The translations under genes and the position numbers were made by a program. The notes below the pieces were generated by a model. It had not been told where the DNA came from. It did not search any database and worked only from the letters and a program-made list of their open reading frames with translations. From contig JBNRSN020000025.1 in assembly GCA_051313645.2 (NCBI GenBank), positions 36,518,001 through 36,582,000 of the forward strand: DNA of 64,000 nucleotides. Direction: 5' to 3'. Each line of letters starts with the position of its first letter. Position 1 is the stretch's first letter. This document shows, one piece after another, positions 36,501 to 50,159 of the stretch. This DNA comes from Centroscyllium fabricii. Taxonomy: Eukaryota.

Positions 36501-37510
36501 AAGGGATATGGGGGCAAAAACAGGAGGGCAGATTACTACTTAAATGGCAATAGATTGGGAGATGGGGAGGTGCAGAGAGACCTAGGTGTTCTTGTACACC
36601 AGTCGCTGAAGGCGAGCACGCAGGTGCAGCAGGCAGTTGGGAAGGCAAATGGTATGTTGGCCTTCATATCAAGAGGGTTCGAGTATCGGAATAAGGATAC
36701 CTTACTGCAGCTGTACAAGGCACTGGTGAGACCACACCTCGAGTATTGTGTACAGTTCTGGTCGCCTAGCCTGAGGAAGGATGTTCTTGCCATGGAAGGA
36801 GTGCAGCGGCGTTTCACCAGGCTGATTCCTGGAATGGCAGGAATGACCTACGAAGAGAGATTGTGTAGTCTGGGCTTGTACTCGTTGGAGTTTAGAAGAT
36901 TGAGAGGTGATCTCATTGAGACATATAAAATTCTGAAAGGTCTGGACAGGTTAGATTCAGAGAGAATGTTTCCAATGGCGGGGGAGTCCAGAACCAGGGG
37001 CCACAGTCTAAGGATAAGGGGTAAACCATTTAGGACAGACATGAGGAAGAATTTCTTCACTCAGAGAGTGGTGGGCCTGTGGAATTCCCTGCCACAGAGG
37101 GCGGTGGAGGCCAGTTCATTAAACATATTCAAGAGGGAATTGGATATATTTCTTCAAGCTAAAGGGATTAAAGGTTATGGAGAAAAGGCGGGGACGGGGT
37201 ACTAGCTTGCTAAAGATCAGCCATGATCTCATTGAATGGCGGAGCAGGCTCGAAGGGCTGAATGGCCTACTCCTGCTCCTATCTTCTATGATTCTATGAT
37301 TCTAAGGCAGGGACTGGGTACTGAACGTGTAAGATCAGCCATGATCTCGTTGAATGGCGGAGCAGGCTCGAAGGGCCGAATGGCCTACTCCTATCTTCTA
37401 TGATTCTATGAACCTGCTCACTGATGCCCAGTTTGGGTTCTGCCAGGGCCACTCTGCTCCAGACCTCATTAGTCTTGGTCCAAACATGGACAAAAGAGTT
37501 GAATTCCAAA
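33536..37510 (+). mobile_element. 'Family B' LINE 5' part (APE endonuclease) with nested HE1 SINE (-, ~35158-35535) and tandem HER1 copies (~35821-37410)
   Basis: PDIVILTES..., YCPP, GDFN; host sequence rejoins across the insertions by comparison with 27950-28070; HER1 ORF 36399-37205. Confidence 0.9.
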
Positions 37511-38334
37511 GGGCAGATACAGCACAGGTTAGATACAGAGTAAAGCTCCCTCTACACTGTCCCATCAAACACTCCCAGGGCAGGGACAGCACGGGTTAGA
37601 TACAGAGTAAAGCTCCCGCTACACTGTCCCATCAAACACTCCCAGGGCAGGTACAGCACGGGTTAGATACAGAGTAAAGCTCCCTCTACACTGTCCCATC
37701 AAACACTCCCAGGGCAGGGACAGCATGGGTTACTTTCACTGCAGCAGATTGTTGGGGAACAACTAACAAAGGCTTTCAGCATTATGAAAGGACTTGAGGG
37801 GTAAATAGTGAGCAATTGTTCCCATGGTTGGTGAATTGGTAATCAGTGCACTGACTAAGATTCTCATGTGAAGGGGGAAGTGAGAAGAGATTTTCTTTCA
37901 CACAGAGAGGTTTAATGGAACAGGGAATGTTTTAGCACAAGCAGGTATTGAGGCAGAGACTGTGACATCATTCAAAAGGTATTAGATATGTATTCGAAAA
38001 GGAAAATATAAACGGATGCGGGGAAAGGGCAGGGAAACTGGATTTGAGTAGAGGGCTCCAGCCAAACGGCCAGCACTGCCACGATGGGCCGAATGGTCTC
38101 CCCTTGTGCTGTGAATATTATTGTTTTCTGAAGCCTTAGTTTTTTGGGGCAGATCCGGTGTGTCTCAGGGCAGTGACTGCGGCACCAGAAGTTCAACCAT
38201 CATTCAGCACTCCCAACCCACGTCAGGATTTCCGCTCTCTTTCCCGAGCTCCTTCCTGGTGCCACAAGGCCCTGTTTATCAAAGAGCAGCTCAGCCATTT
38301 CCTGCTGACCAGGCTGCATTTGATCTCTGACTCA

Positions 38335-39165
38335 TATGCTGCATGTTGGAAAGTGTGAGGTTATAAACTTTGGCAAAAAAAATCAAAGAGCAAGTTATTA
38401 TCTGAATGGAGAGAAACTTCAAAGTGCTACAGTACAAAGGGATCTGGGGGTCATGGTGCATGAAACACAGAAGGTTAATATGCAGGGACAGCAGGTGATC
38501 CAGAAGGTCAATAGAATCTTGGCTTTTATTGCAAGGTGGTTGGAGTATAAAAACAAAAGTCTTGCTGTAGTTATACAAGGTACTGGTGAGGCCACATCTG
38601 GAATACTGCGTACAGTTTTGGTTTCCATATTTGAGAAAGGATATACTTGCTCTCGAGGCAGTTCAGAGAAGATTCACTTGGTTGATTCCGGAGATGAGGG
38701 GGTTAACTTTTGAGGAAAGGTTGAGTAGGTTGGGCCTCTACTCATTGGAGTTCAGAAGAGTGAGAGGCGATCTTATTGAAACATATAAGATTGTGAGGGG
38801 GTTTGATCGGGTGGATGCGGTGAGGATGTTTCCACTGATGGGTGAGACTAGAACTAGGGGGCATAATCTGAGAATAAGGGGCTGCCCTTTCAAAACTGAG
38901 ATGAGGAGGAATTTCTTCACTCAGAGGGTGGTGAGTCTATGGAATTTGCTGCCTCAGCAAGCTGTGGAAGCTGGGACATTAAATAAATTTAAATTGGAAA
39001 TAGACAGACAGCTTCCTAGCTGATAAGGGAATAGGGGTTACGGGGAACGGGCAGGGAAGTGGACGTGAATCTAAGTTCGGATCAGCCATGATCCTATTAA
39101 ATGGCGGAGCAGGCACGAAGGGCTGTATGGCCTACTCCTGCTCCTACTTCTTATATTCTTATGTC
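38335..39165 (+). mobile_element. CR1/HER1 3' fragment
   Basis: ORF 38586-39023 (RPHLEYCVQFW). Confidence 0.9.
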
Positions 39166-39795
39166 CCAAAGATCGATGACCTTTACGCTCAGATAGGACA
39201 ACCCACCAGTCCCACTCGGTGCGGAGAGCACAGCAAACCGTTAACTGGTCAATGATGCCCAATCTGAGAGACAAGCTATCATTCCCCACTGCCTGCCCTA
39301 CAGTGCAGAGGCTCCACCCCAGTTACCATAGGCCTGAGTCCCAGTCAGTATCGGGGTGTAATAGCTGTTTGTCCTCAACACATTCTTGAAACTCCATAAC
39401 AATGCCCCATTTTAAATCAAACTACGACACTGTGGCTACACTCAGCTGGGTTAGATCTTCCTCGAACTCCCCCTTCAGTCTGCAAATCATCACTGGCTCA
39501 TGCCTTGTGTTACTGTGCCCCTCGAGCTCATGATCCGGATCGTGTCATTCGTGCTCTGTGACTTTGTCACTTACCTGCCCAGACTGCAGCCACTCAACAT
39601 CTGAGGGACAGGAACTGATTTTGGTGAATTTTGTGTTCATCAAGGACACAGCTCCCAGTTCTGGGAGTGAGATACATTCCATCGAGGTACCCAGTGTCAA
39701 CTACAGCACGGATTAGATAATGAGTAAAGCTCCCGCTAAACTTTCCCATCAAACACTCCCAGGGTAGCTACAGCATGGGTTAGATACAGAGTAAA

Positions 39796-40470
39796 CAACA
39801 ACAATGACTTGTATTTATATAGCGCCTTTAACGTAATATAATGTCCCAAGGCATTGCACAAAGTATTTTAAGAGAAAAACTTTGACACCGATCCACATAA
39901 GGATAAATTAGGGTAGGTGAGCAAACGCTTGGTCAAAGAGGTAGGTTTTAAGGAGCGTCATAAAGGAGGAAAGAGAGGTAGCGAGGCGGTGAGGTTTAGG
40001 CAGGGAATTCCAGAGCTTGGGGCCCAGGCAACAGAAGGCACGGCCACCAATAGTTGAGCGATTATAATCAGGGATGCTCAAGAGGAACGCAGATATCTCG
40101 GGGGGTGGTTGTGGGGCTCCCGCTACACTTTCCCATCAAACACTCCCAGGACAGCTACAGCATGGGTTAGATACAGAGTAAACAACAACAACAACTTATA
40201 ATTATATGGCGCCTTTAATGTAGTAAAATGTCCCAAGGCGCTGCACGGGTGTACTTTAAGACAAAAAACTTGACACGGAGCCACATGAGAAATTACAGAG
40301 ATAGGGAGGGGCGAGGCCATGGAGGGATTTGAAAACAAGGATGAGAATTTTGAAATCAAGGTGCTACTTAACCGGGAGCCAATGTAGTCAGCGAGCACGG
40401 GGGAAATGGGTGAACCGGACTTGGTGCGAGTTAGGACACGGGCAGCCGAGCTTTGGATGACCTCAAGCTC
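39796..40470 (-). mobile_element. Two L2 3' fragments
   Basis: Reverse complement of 58080-58597; (CAA)n tails adjoining satellite units. Confidence 0.8.
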
Positions 40471-41464
40471 CCAGTATTTAGAATAGCTCCGGTTATTTTG
40501 CTTCTATCGCTTTGCTGGGTAGATTATTCCAATCATTTATCTCTCTTTCAGTAAAGACGTTTTTTAATCTGTTCTCATGAATCTGCCCTAATTTCCATTG
40601 CGGCCTCTGCCCCATTTGCTGTCCTGCTTTGAATAATAATGTAGATTCCCCTTCTCTGCCCCGTGTAATAATTTATGCATCTCGTTCAGGTGCTGTAGAT
40701 GCTGCAGACCGGTGTCTCTGCTCCGGCCCTGTTGTGTTTCATATATATATGCTGGTTGCAGAGTGTTGCAGGTAGTTGCACTCTGGGAGCTTCCAGTTTT
40801 GGGCTTCAGTTTATCAGTTTTAAGTGTCCAGTAAGTGCACTGGAGTGGTGGATGTGTTAAACACTCATGTCTCTTTCCCATTTGTCAGACTCGATCCGAT
40901 TTTTCTTTCTGACTGGGTAGATTTTAATCTGCAATCATGGTGCAGTGCAACCTCCTACACACTGCTCGCTTCATCACCATATCACTTTCATTATTATTTT
41001 CTAACCAAAACAGTCACAGCAATGAGGCCAGTGTGGAGTGTGCAGCAGTCAGAGCTGAAGTGAGTACTGTACTGTATTACTCGAATATCAGTAACTGGAC
41101 CACACGCTGTATCTTGAGGTTCCCAGAAGAAAGCTTGCATACCCATGCCTCTTAAAACAGAAACAGTGTCCCTTATAAACCCAGTCACGCTCATTCAGAA
41201 CTGTACAAAGTGCTGAATAATTTCCTGGAATGCAAGTAGTTACAAAGAATCATAGAATCCTACAGCACAGAAGGAGGCCATTCGGGCCATCGTGCCTGTG
41301 CCGGCTCTTTGAAAGCGCGATCCAATTAGTCCCACTCCCCTGCTCTTTCCCCAGAGCTCTGCAAAATTTTCCCTTTCAAGTATTTTTCACGTTCCTTTTT
41401 AAAAGTTATTATTGAATCTGCTTCCCCAGCCTTTCAGGCAGCGCATTCCAGTGCTTAACACGAA

Positions 41465-42830
41465 CGGTAGCCGAGTGATTATGTTACTGGACTAGTAACC
41501 CAGCGGCCTGGACGAATGATCCAGAGACCAGCTCAAATCCCACGGCAGCTGAGGAATTTAAATTCAGTTAATTAAATAAATCTGGAATAAAATGTTTTAA
41601 AATATTAGCAATAGTGACCATGAAACTATTGGATTGTTGCAAAAACCCATCTGGTTCACTAATGTCCTTTAGGGAACGAAACCTGTTCTTACCTGGTCTG
41701 GACTATATGTGACTCCAGACCCACAGCAAGATACTCCGTTGTAACAAACTGCTACAAAAAGCAATAATCAGAATAGAATCAGACAGACCACCTGGCATCG
41801 ACCTCGGCACTGGCTTCGGACATGACCGAGACACACCCAGCCCACTTGTCCCTGCATCAATGACCTTCCCTCCATCATAAGGTCAGAAGTGGGGATGTTC
41901 GCTGATGAGTGCACAGTGTTCAGTTCTATTCACAGCTCCTCAGATAATGAAGCAGTCCATGCCCGCATGCAACAAGAACTGGACAACATTCAGGCTGGGG
42001 GGGGGCGGGGGGGGGACGGGGGGGGTACACGGGGGGGGGGGGAACCAGCCACATAAATACTGTGGCCACAAGAGCAGGTCAGAGGCTAGGTATTCTGCGG
42101 CGAGTGTCTCACCTCCTGACTCCCCAAAGCCTTTTCACCATCTACAAGGCACAAGTCAGGAGTGTGATGGAATACTCTCCACTTGCCTGGATGAGTGCAG
42201 CTCCAACAACACTCAAGAAGCTCGACAGCATCCAGGACAAAGCAGCCTGTTTGATTGGCACCACATCCACCACCTTAAACATTCACTCCCTCCACCACCA
42301 GCGCACCGTGGGTGCAGTGTGTACCATCTACAAGATGCACTGCAGAAACTCGCCAAGGCTTCTTCGACAGCACCTCCCAAACCCACGACCTCTTCCTCCT
42401 AGAAGGACAAGGGCAGCAGGTACCACCACCTCCAAGTTCCCCTCAAAGTCACACACCATCCTGACTTGGAAGTAGATCGCCGTTCCTTCATCGTTGAATC
42501 ATAGAATAGAATCATAGAATCTCTACAGTGCAGATAGAGGCCATTTCGGCCCATCGAGCCTGCACCAACACATATCCCACCCTATCCCCGTAACCCCACA
42601 TATTCAATCCCCCTAACACTAAGGGTCAATTTATCCTGGCCAATCAACCTAACCCGCACATCTTTGGACTGGGTCAAAATCCTGGAACTCCCAATCTAAC
42701 AGCACTGTGGGAGTACCTTCACCACATGGACAGCGGTTCAAGAAGGCGGCTCACCACCTTCTCAAGGGCAATTACGGATGGGCAATAAATACCAGCAATG
42801 CCCACATCCCAGGAATGAATAAAAAAAACA
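41465..42830 (+). mobile_element. Internally deleted 'family B' LINE with a SINE fragment
   Basis: 5' end resembles 33540; ORF 42062-42475 resembles 28630-29079. Confidence 0.85.
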
Positions 42831-45830
42831 TTCCAGGTCACAACAGCTCACTGCATAATTTTTATTTCATCACGTCTCCTCTGGTTCTTTTGCCAATTAC
42901 TTTACATCCGCGCCCTCTGGTTACCGATCCTTCTGCCGCTGGAAACAGTTTCTCCTGATTTACTCTATCAAAACCCTTCACGATTTTAAACATCTCTATC
43001 AAATCTCCCCTTAACCTTCCCTGCTCTGAGAACATCCCCAGTTTCTCTAGTCTCTCCACGTAACTGATCTTTCATCCCTGGTACCCTTCTAGTGAAACTA
43101 CTCTGAACCCTGTCTAAGGGCTTGACCTCCTTCCTAAAGTGTAATGCCTAGAATTGGACACAATACTCCAGCTGGAGCCTTACCAGTGATTTATAAAGGT
43201 TTAGCATAAGTTCCTTGCTTTTGTATCCTGTATGCTTTTTGAACAGCTTTCTCAATTTGTCCTGCCACCTTCAAAGACATATATACATACACCCCCCAGG
43301 TCTCACTGTTCCTGCACCCCCTTTCAAATTGTACCATTTATCTTATATTGCCTCTCCTCATTCTTCTTACCAAAGTGTATCATTTCACACATGTTAAATT
43401 TCAGCTGTCATGTGCCTGCTCATTTCACCAGTTGGCTCCTGAAGTCTGATACTATCCTCCTCGCTGTTTACTTCATTTCCATGTTAGTGTCGTCTGCAAA
43501 CAGTGAAATTATGTCCTGTATACCCAAGTCCAGGTCATTAATATACATGAAAAAGAGCAGTGGTCCCAAAACCGACCTCTGGGGGACGCCACTGTACACT
43601 TCCCTCCAGTTTGAAAAACAACCATTCACACCTACTTGCGACTTTCTGTCTCTTAGCCTATTTCGTATCCACGCACTGCCCCTGTAATCTCATGGGCTTC
43701 AATTTCGCTAACAAGTCTATTATGTGATAATTTATTGAAAGTCCATAAACACATCAACTGCACTATCCTCATCAACTCTCTCCATTACTTCATCAAGGAA
43801 CGCAATCAAGTTAGTCAAACTCAATTTGCCTTTAACAATCTGTGCTGGTTTTCATTTATTAACTGATACTTTTACAAGTGCTAATGAATTTTGTCCTGGC
43901 TTAATGTCTCTAAAAGTTTCCCCGTCACTGACGTTAGGCTGGCTGACTCTCCCCTTTTTTTGAATAGGGGTGTAACATTTGCAATTCTCCAGTCCTCTGG
44001 CACCACTCCCACATACCTAAGGAGGTTTGGAAGATTGTGGCCAGAACCGCTGCTTTTTCCACCTTGCTTCCCTCAGCAACCTAGGATGCATCCCGGGTGA
44101 CTTTTCTGTCCTGATCGCTGCCAACCTTTTTCGTACCTCCTCTTTATCTATTTTCATCCTAGACAATTTCTCTACTACCTCCTCCTTTACTGTGACATTG
44201 GCAGCATCCTCTTGTTTAGTGAAGACAGATGCAAAGTACTCATTTAATATCACAGCCATGCCCTCTGCCTCTACAAGAAGATCTCCTTTTTACATAAAAA
44301 CATAGAAACTAGGAGCAGGAGTAGGCCATTCGGCCCTTCGAGCCTGCTCTGCCATTCAATGAGATCATGGCTGATCATCCAAACCCAGTACCCTGTCCCT
44401 GCCCTCTCCCCATATCCCTCAATCCCTATCGAGCCGACACCGACACATATCCCACCCTATCCCCGTAACCCCACATATTCAATCCCCTAACACTAAGGGT
44501 CAATTTATCCTGGCCAATCAACCTAACCTGCACATCTTTGGACTGTGGGAGGAAACCGGAGCACCCGGAGGAAACCCACGCAGACACGGGACGAATGTGC
44601 AAACTCCACACAGATAGTACCCGAGGCCGGATTTGAACCCGGATCTCTAGTGCTGTGAGGCAACAATGCTAACCACTGGGCCACCGTGATCCCTAATCAG
44701 CCTCACCCATCCTTTGACTACCCTTTTACTATTTATATGTTTATTAAAAAAACTTTTATGCTACCTGCTCATTTATTCTCATACAATCTCTTTGCCCCTC
44801 TTATTTCTTTTTTCAATCCTCTTTTGTAGTTTCTATATTCCGCTTGATTCACTACTGAATTATGAACCTAACATTTATCATAAGCCTCCTTTTTTCTGTT
44901 CCATTTTAAGCTTTATGGGGGCAAAATTGGGTCGCGCCCCCTTTGAGGTGCAAACTTTGCCGGGGCGCTACCTTTAGCACTCCCGCGCTCGGAATTCACT
45001 GGTAGTGCCCCAAGAGGGAGGCGTGGTGCTACTGGAAGCACCCCGCCGCCCTCTTGTGGTGCTGCGTGTGAATATTGCGGCGTTATGTGAGCAGTGCCAC
45101 GCTCTGCGGCACGTCGCGCCCCGATACTGCAGGCCTTCCACCCCTTCGTAAAGGGGAGGGGCCTAGCGCAGCGTGACCCGGGGCCTAGCTGGGCCACCAG
45201 GGATTGGAGTGCTGGCAAAAGAGCCCGGCACTCAAGAGGAGTGCCGGGCTCACTGAGCACGACCTGCACCCCGCGGCTTCACCGGTGGCCGGGGACAGCA
45301 ACAGGGGCAGGTGCTGGCAGGCGGCCAGCAACAAAAATGGCCGCCTCCTCTTTAATTTGTGACGCCACAGCCACAGGTAGGCCCCCCTGACCCTGTCGGA
45401 CATAGCATCCAACGGTAAGTCAGGGGGCGCAACCGAAGATCGCGAGCGGGGCGTTGCACACGATGACGACATCATCGCCGGAGGCACAGCACCGCGGGGC
45501 GTTAATGAATACCACTACCGCTAGCCTCCCGCTGAATTTCACGGGAGGCGTTAGCGGCGCCGCACCCAGGCACTAGTGGCTTTGCGACCCGTTATTGCCC
45601 TCTTAGGCCGCTAACTGGAGGTGCAAATCAACCGAAATTTTCCCCCAATATCTTTAGTCATCCAGGGATCTCTAGCTTGGGAATGTGTCTATTCTGTACC
45701 TGAACCATCTCCTCTTTGAAGGCCTTCCATTGCTCATTTACTGTTTTACCTGCCAGTCTTTGTTTCCAATCCACCTGGGCCAGATTCCTTTTCAACCCCC
45801 TGAAATGAGCTCCCCGCCAGTTAAATATTT
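42830..45830 (-). mobile_element. Old CR1 LINE with nested HE1 SINE (~44293-44688) and MITE
   Basis: LRGDLIEMFKI, ILNEYFASVFT motifs. Confidence 0.82.
44917..45646. mobile_element. CpG-rich MITE, possibly PIF/Harbinger type
   Basis: Ends GGGGGCAAAATTGGGT and ACCGAAATTTTCCCCC are imperfect TIRs; the element interrupts the CR1; AT-rich flanks. Confidence 0.6.
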
Positions 45831-46192
45831 TCACACAATGGCAAGCTCATTCACTCTCCCCCTTCACCACACTCTGTACAGAGCGCACTCAGACCGAGTT
45901 CCACACTCGTCCATGTTTCCATCAAACTCGATCAGTGCCTAATGGTCCCGCTGTGTCTCACCTGAGCTGTGTCCCCTCACTAACATTAGCTGTGATCTCA
46001 CTCACATTTACACAAATATGCTCTCTCTTTCACTCATTCCCCCTGAATTGTAAATAGATGATTACATGCGTCTGGGACCATGGACTGTGCTGTACAGTGC
46101 ATTAACCAGTTTTGCAATCAGGGGCCTGAAATCTGCATCAGGCTCTTTCTTATTAAGTGTCTATTCACACTATTTGATGGTTTTGATTTCAG

Positions 46193-46321
46193 GACAATAT
46201 CGAACATATGATTGCACGTCTAATCAGGATACTGTCTGTGAACCTTGTAAAACCAACTCATACAAAGAGGAATGGAGTTATTCATACGAGTGCACACGCT
46301 GTGTGGGGACGTGTGCTAGCC
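46193..46321 (+). CDS. LTBR: LTBR-like exon 3 (CRD1/CRD2)
   Basis: TTTCAG|GQYRTYDCTSNQDTVCEPCKTNSYKEEWSYSYECTRCVGTCAS|GTAAGT; 129 nt, phase 1 to 1. Confidence 0.95.
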
Positions 46322-46627
46322 GTAAGTCTCTCCTTCTATTTTATAAACACATCACAGAGTCAGAACTCAGAGAATCAGATCAGCAACTGTCAGATACAAA
46401 ATAATTTGAACACAATTCCCCCACACAGACCTCATTCTCGACACCATACTGACCATTAACCCCCATACACCCCCCATGGTACTTTCCATTACCCCTCCCA
46501 TACACCTCCAGTGTGGTACGACAACAACACAAAAAGAAAACACTGCAGATGCTGGAAATCGGAAATAAAAACAGAAAATGCTGGAGATACTCAGCAGGCC
46601 AGGCAGCATCTGTGGAGAGAGAAACAG

Positions 46628-46664
46628 AGTTAACGTTTCAGGTCGATGACCTTTCGTCAGAACT
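46628..46664 (-). ncRNA. Minimal type I hammerhead ribozyme of the Penelope pLTR
   Basis: AGUU-CUGACGA-A-AGGUC(AUC)GACCU-GAAA-C-GUU^AACU: intact core, 5-bp stem II, palindromic ACGU stem III, 4-bp stem I. Confidence 0.7.
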
Positions 46665-46778
46665 GGAAAAAACAGGAAATGGAACAGATTTTTAAGCAAA
46701 TGTAGTGGCTGGAAAAGGGGGAGGGGATGAAAGAACAAAAAGGACGGTCTGTGATAGGATAGAAGGCAGGATAGGTTA

Positions 46779-48090
46779 AACATAGAAACATAGAAGATAG
46801 GAGCAGGAGTAGGCCATTCGGCCCCTCTAGCCTGCTCCGCCATTCAATGCGATCATGGCTGATCATCCAAATTCAGTACCCTGTCCCTGCTTTCTCCCCA
46901 CATCCTTTGATCCCCTTAGCCTTAAGAAATATATCTAACTCCTTCTTGAATATATTTAATGAATTGGCCTCAACTGTCTTCTGTGGTAGAGAATTCCATA
47001 GGTTCACCACTCCTTGGGTGAAGAAATTCATCCTTGTCTCAGTCCTAAATGGCTTACTCCTTATCTGAAGACTGTGACCCCTGGTTCTGGACTCCCCGGT
47101 CATCGGGAACATCCTTCCTGCATCTAGTCTGTCTAGTCCTGTTAGAATTTTATAAATTTCAATGAGATCCCCTCTCATTCTTCTAAACTTGAGCAAATAT
47201 AAGCCTTATCGACCCAATCTCTCTTCATACATCATTCCTGCCATCCCAGGTATCAGTCTGGTGAATCTTCGCTGCACTCCCTCCATGGCAAGAACATCCT
47301 TCCTCAGATAAGGCAACCAAAACTGCACACAATACTCAAGGTGTCGTCTTACCAAGGCCCTGTACAACTGCAGCAAGACATCCTTGCTCCTGTACTCGAA
47401 TCCTCTCGCTATGAAGGCCAACAAACCATTTGCCTTCTTAACCGCCTGCTGCACCTGCATGCTTACATTCAGTGACTGGTGCACAAGGACACCCAGGTCT
47501 CGTTGCACTTCCCCTTTTCCCAATCTATTGCCGTTCAGATAATAATCTGCTTTCCTGTTTTTGCCACCAAAGTGGATAACCTCACATTTATCCACATTAT
47601 ACTGCATCTGCCATGTATCTGCCCAATCACCCAACCTGTCCAAATTGTATTGGAGTTTCTTTCCCTCCTCCTCACAGCACCACACGCCCACCCAGCTTTG
47701 TGTCATCTGCAAACTTGGAGATATTACATCTAGTTCCCTCGTCTAGATCAATAATATGTATTGTGAATAATTGGGGTCCTAGCACCGATCCCTGCGGTAC
47801 CCCACTAGTCACTGCCTTCCACTCGGAAAAAGACCAGTTTATTCCAACTCTTTGCTTTCTATCTGCCAACCAGTTCTCCATCCAAGGCAATACCTTGCCC
47901 CCAATCCCATGTGCCTTAATTTTGCATGCTAATCTCTTATGCGGGACCTTATCGAAAGCCTTCTGAAAGTCCAAATACACCACATCCACTGGTTCTCCCT
48001 TATCTATTCTACCAGTTACATCCTCAAAAAATTCCAGTAGATTAGTAAAGCACGATTTACCTTTTGTAAATCCATGTTGATTTTGTCCAA
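46779..48090 (-). mobile_element. HER1/CR1 LINE RT and 3' end
   Basis: [27 protein letters not shown]. Confidence 0.93.
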
Positions 48091-50159
48091 GAGGCATTGA
48101 GAGACATTAAGAGATATTCAAGGCAAAAGGAGATGGTAATGGGACAGGTTAAGAAACAAAGGATGGCTCCAGATGAAGTGTAAATTGCGCTGGCAGAATG
48201 AAAGACAGCTGCCATGTGGGAGAGAAGAACAGAACAAAAGGTGTGGATAAAAAATATATATGATAAGGGCTGGGGTTATGATCTGAAATTGTTGAACTCT
48301 ATGTTGAGTCCAGAAGGCTGTATCAAAAGATGAGGTGCTGTTCCTCGAGCTTACGTTGAACTTCAGTGGAACAATGCAAGAGGCCACGGATGGTGAGGTC
48401 TGAGTGGGAGTGGAGCGGTGAATTAAAGTGACAGGTGACCGAAAGCTCGGGGTCCCCCTTACGGATTGAACGGAGGTGTTCCGCAAAGCGGTCACCCAAT
48501 TTGCATTTGGTCTCCCCAATGTAGAGGAGACCACATCGTGAGCAGCGAATACAGTGTACTAAATTGCAAGAAGTACAAGTAAATCGCTGTTTCACCTGAA
48601 AGGGGTGTTTGGGGCCCTGGACAGTGAGAAGTGGGGAGATATAAGGGCAGGTGTTGCATCTCCTGCACTTGCACAGGAAGGTGCCGGGCGAAGAGGAAGG
48701 GGTGTTGGGGGCGATAGAGGAGTGGACTAGGGTCTCGGAGGGAGCGGTCCCTACAGAATGCTGAAAGGGAAGATGCATTTCGTGGTGGGTTCACACTGGA
48801 GGTGGCGGAAATGGCGGAGGATGATCCGTTGAATTTGCAGGCTGGTTGGGTGAAAGGTGAGGACAAGGGGAACCCTATTGTGTTTCTGGGAGGGAGGGGC
48901 AGGGGTGAGGGCAGAAGTACAGGAGATAGAACGGACAGGGTTGAGGGCCGTGTCAGCCACTGTAGAGGGGAATCCTTGGTTGAGGAAAAAGGAAGACATG
49001 TCGGAAGCACTGGTGTGCAAGGTGGCATCGTCAGAGCAGATGTGGTGGAGATGGAGAAACTGGGAGAATGGGATAGAGTCCTTACAGAAGGTATGGAGGA
49101 AGTGTAGTCCAGGTAGCTGTGGGAGTCAGTGGGCTTATAGTGAATGTTGGTCAATAACCTATCCCCAGAGATTGAGACGGAGAAGTTGAGGAAGGGAAGG
49201 GAAGAATCAGAGATGGATCATGTGAAGGTGAGGGAAGGGTGGAAATTGGAAGCAAAGTGAATGAAATGATCTAGTTCAGGGCAAGAGCAGGAGATGGCAC
49301 CGATACATTCATCAATGTATCGGAAAAAGAGGTGAGGGAGGGGACCCGAGTAGGACTGGAACAAAGAGTGTTCCACATATCCCACGAAAAGGCAGGCATA
49401 GCTAGGGCCCATGCGGGTTCCTATAGCAACACATTTGATTTGGAGGAAGTGAGTGGAGTCAAAGGAGAAGTTGCTCAATGTGAGAACAAGTACAGCCAGG
49501 CGGAGGAGGGTGGTGGTGGATGGGGACTGGTTGGGCCTCTGTTCGAGGAAGAAGAAGAGTGCCCTCAGGCCATCCTGGTGGGGGATGGAGGCGTAGAGGG
49601 ATTGTACGTCCATGGTGAAAAGGAGACGGTTGGGTCCGGGAAACTGGAAACTGTTAAAGTGGCAGAGGGTGTTGGAATAGTCGTGGATGTAGGTGGGAAG
49701 AGACTGGACAAGAGAGAAAAAATAGAGTTGAGATAGGAAGAGATAAGTTCCGTGGGGCAAAAACAGGCTGAAACGATGGGTCTACCAGGGCAGTCCTGTT
49801 TGTGGATCTTGGGAAGGAGGTAGAAGTGGGCTGTGCTGGGTTGGTGAACTATGAGGTTGGCGGCCGAGGGGGGAAGATCTCCAGAGGAGATGAGGTTAGT
49901 GACAGTCTTGGAAATGGTGGCTTGATGTTCGGTAGTATGGTCATGGTCCAGGCGGAGGTAGGAGGAGGTTTCGGAGAGTTGGCGTTCAGCTGTGTGGTAC
50001 TGATCATTACAGACCAGAATGTCCAGAGGCTCCAGCTGTGCTCTCAGCTGGGGTAACAGGGGCTACAATTGGCCTCAGTACCTCGAGATTAGGGAAGGGC
50101 AAATCAGTCAGGGTCCATGTTCTAATCACTTGCGAGGGAACGCTACTGGACTCCATGTA

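Larger units (their letters stand above)
46525..49990 (-). mobile_element. Penelope-like element (RT, GIY-YIG, pLTR), interrupted by HER1
   Basis: LFTMDVQSLY, GTRMGPSYA, FRYIDE; C..CGLLYIGET...RFAEH GIY-YIG motif; pLTR at ~46525-46780. Confidence 0.9.

Noticed and set aside
41014-41059. Possible cassette exon in receptor intron 2
   Set aside because: 40 or 46 nt would shift the frame and split CRD1; exons 2 and 3 already join cleanly.
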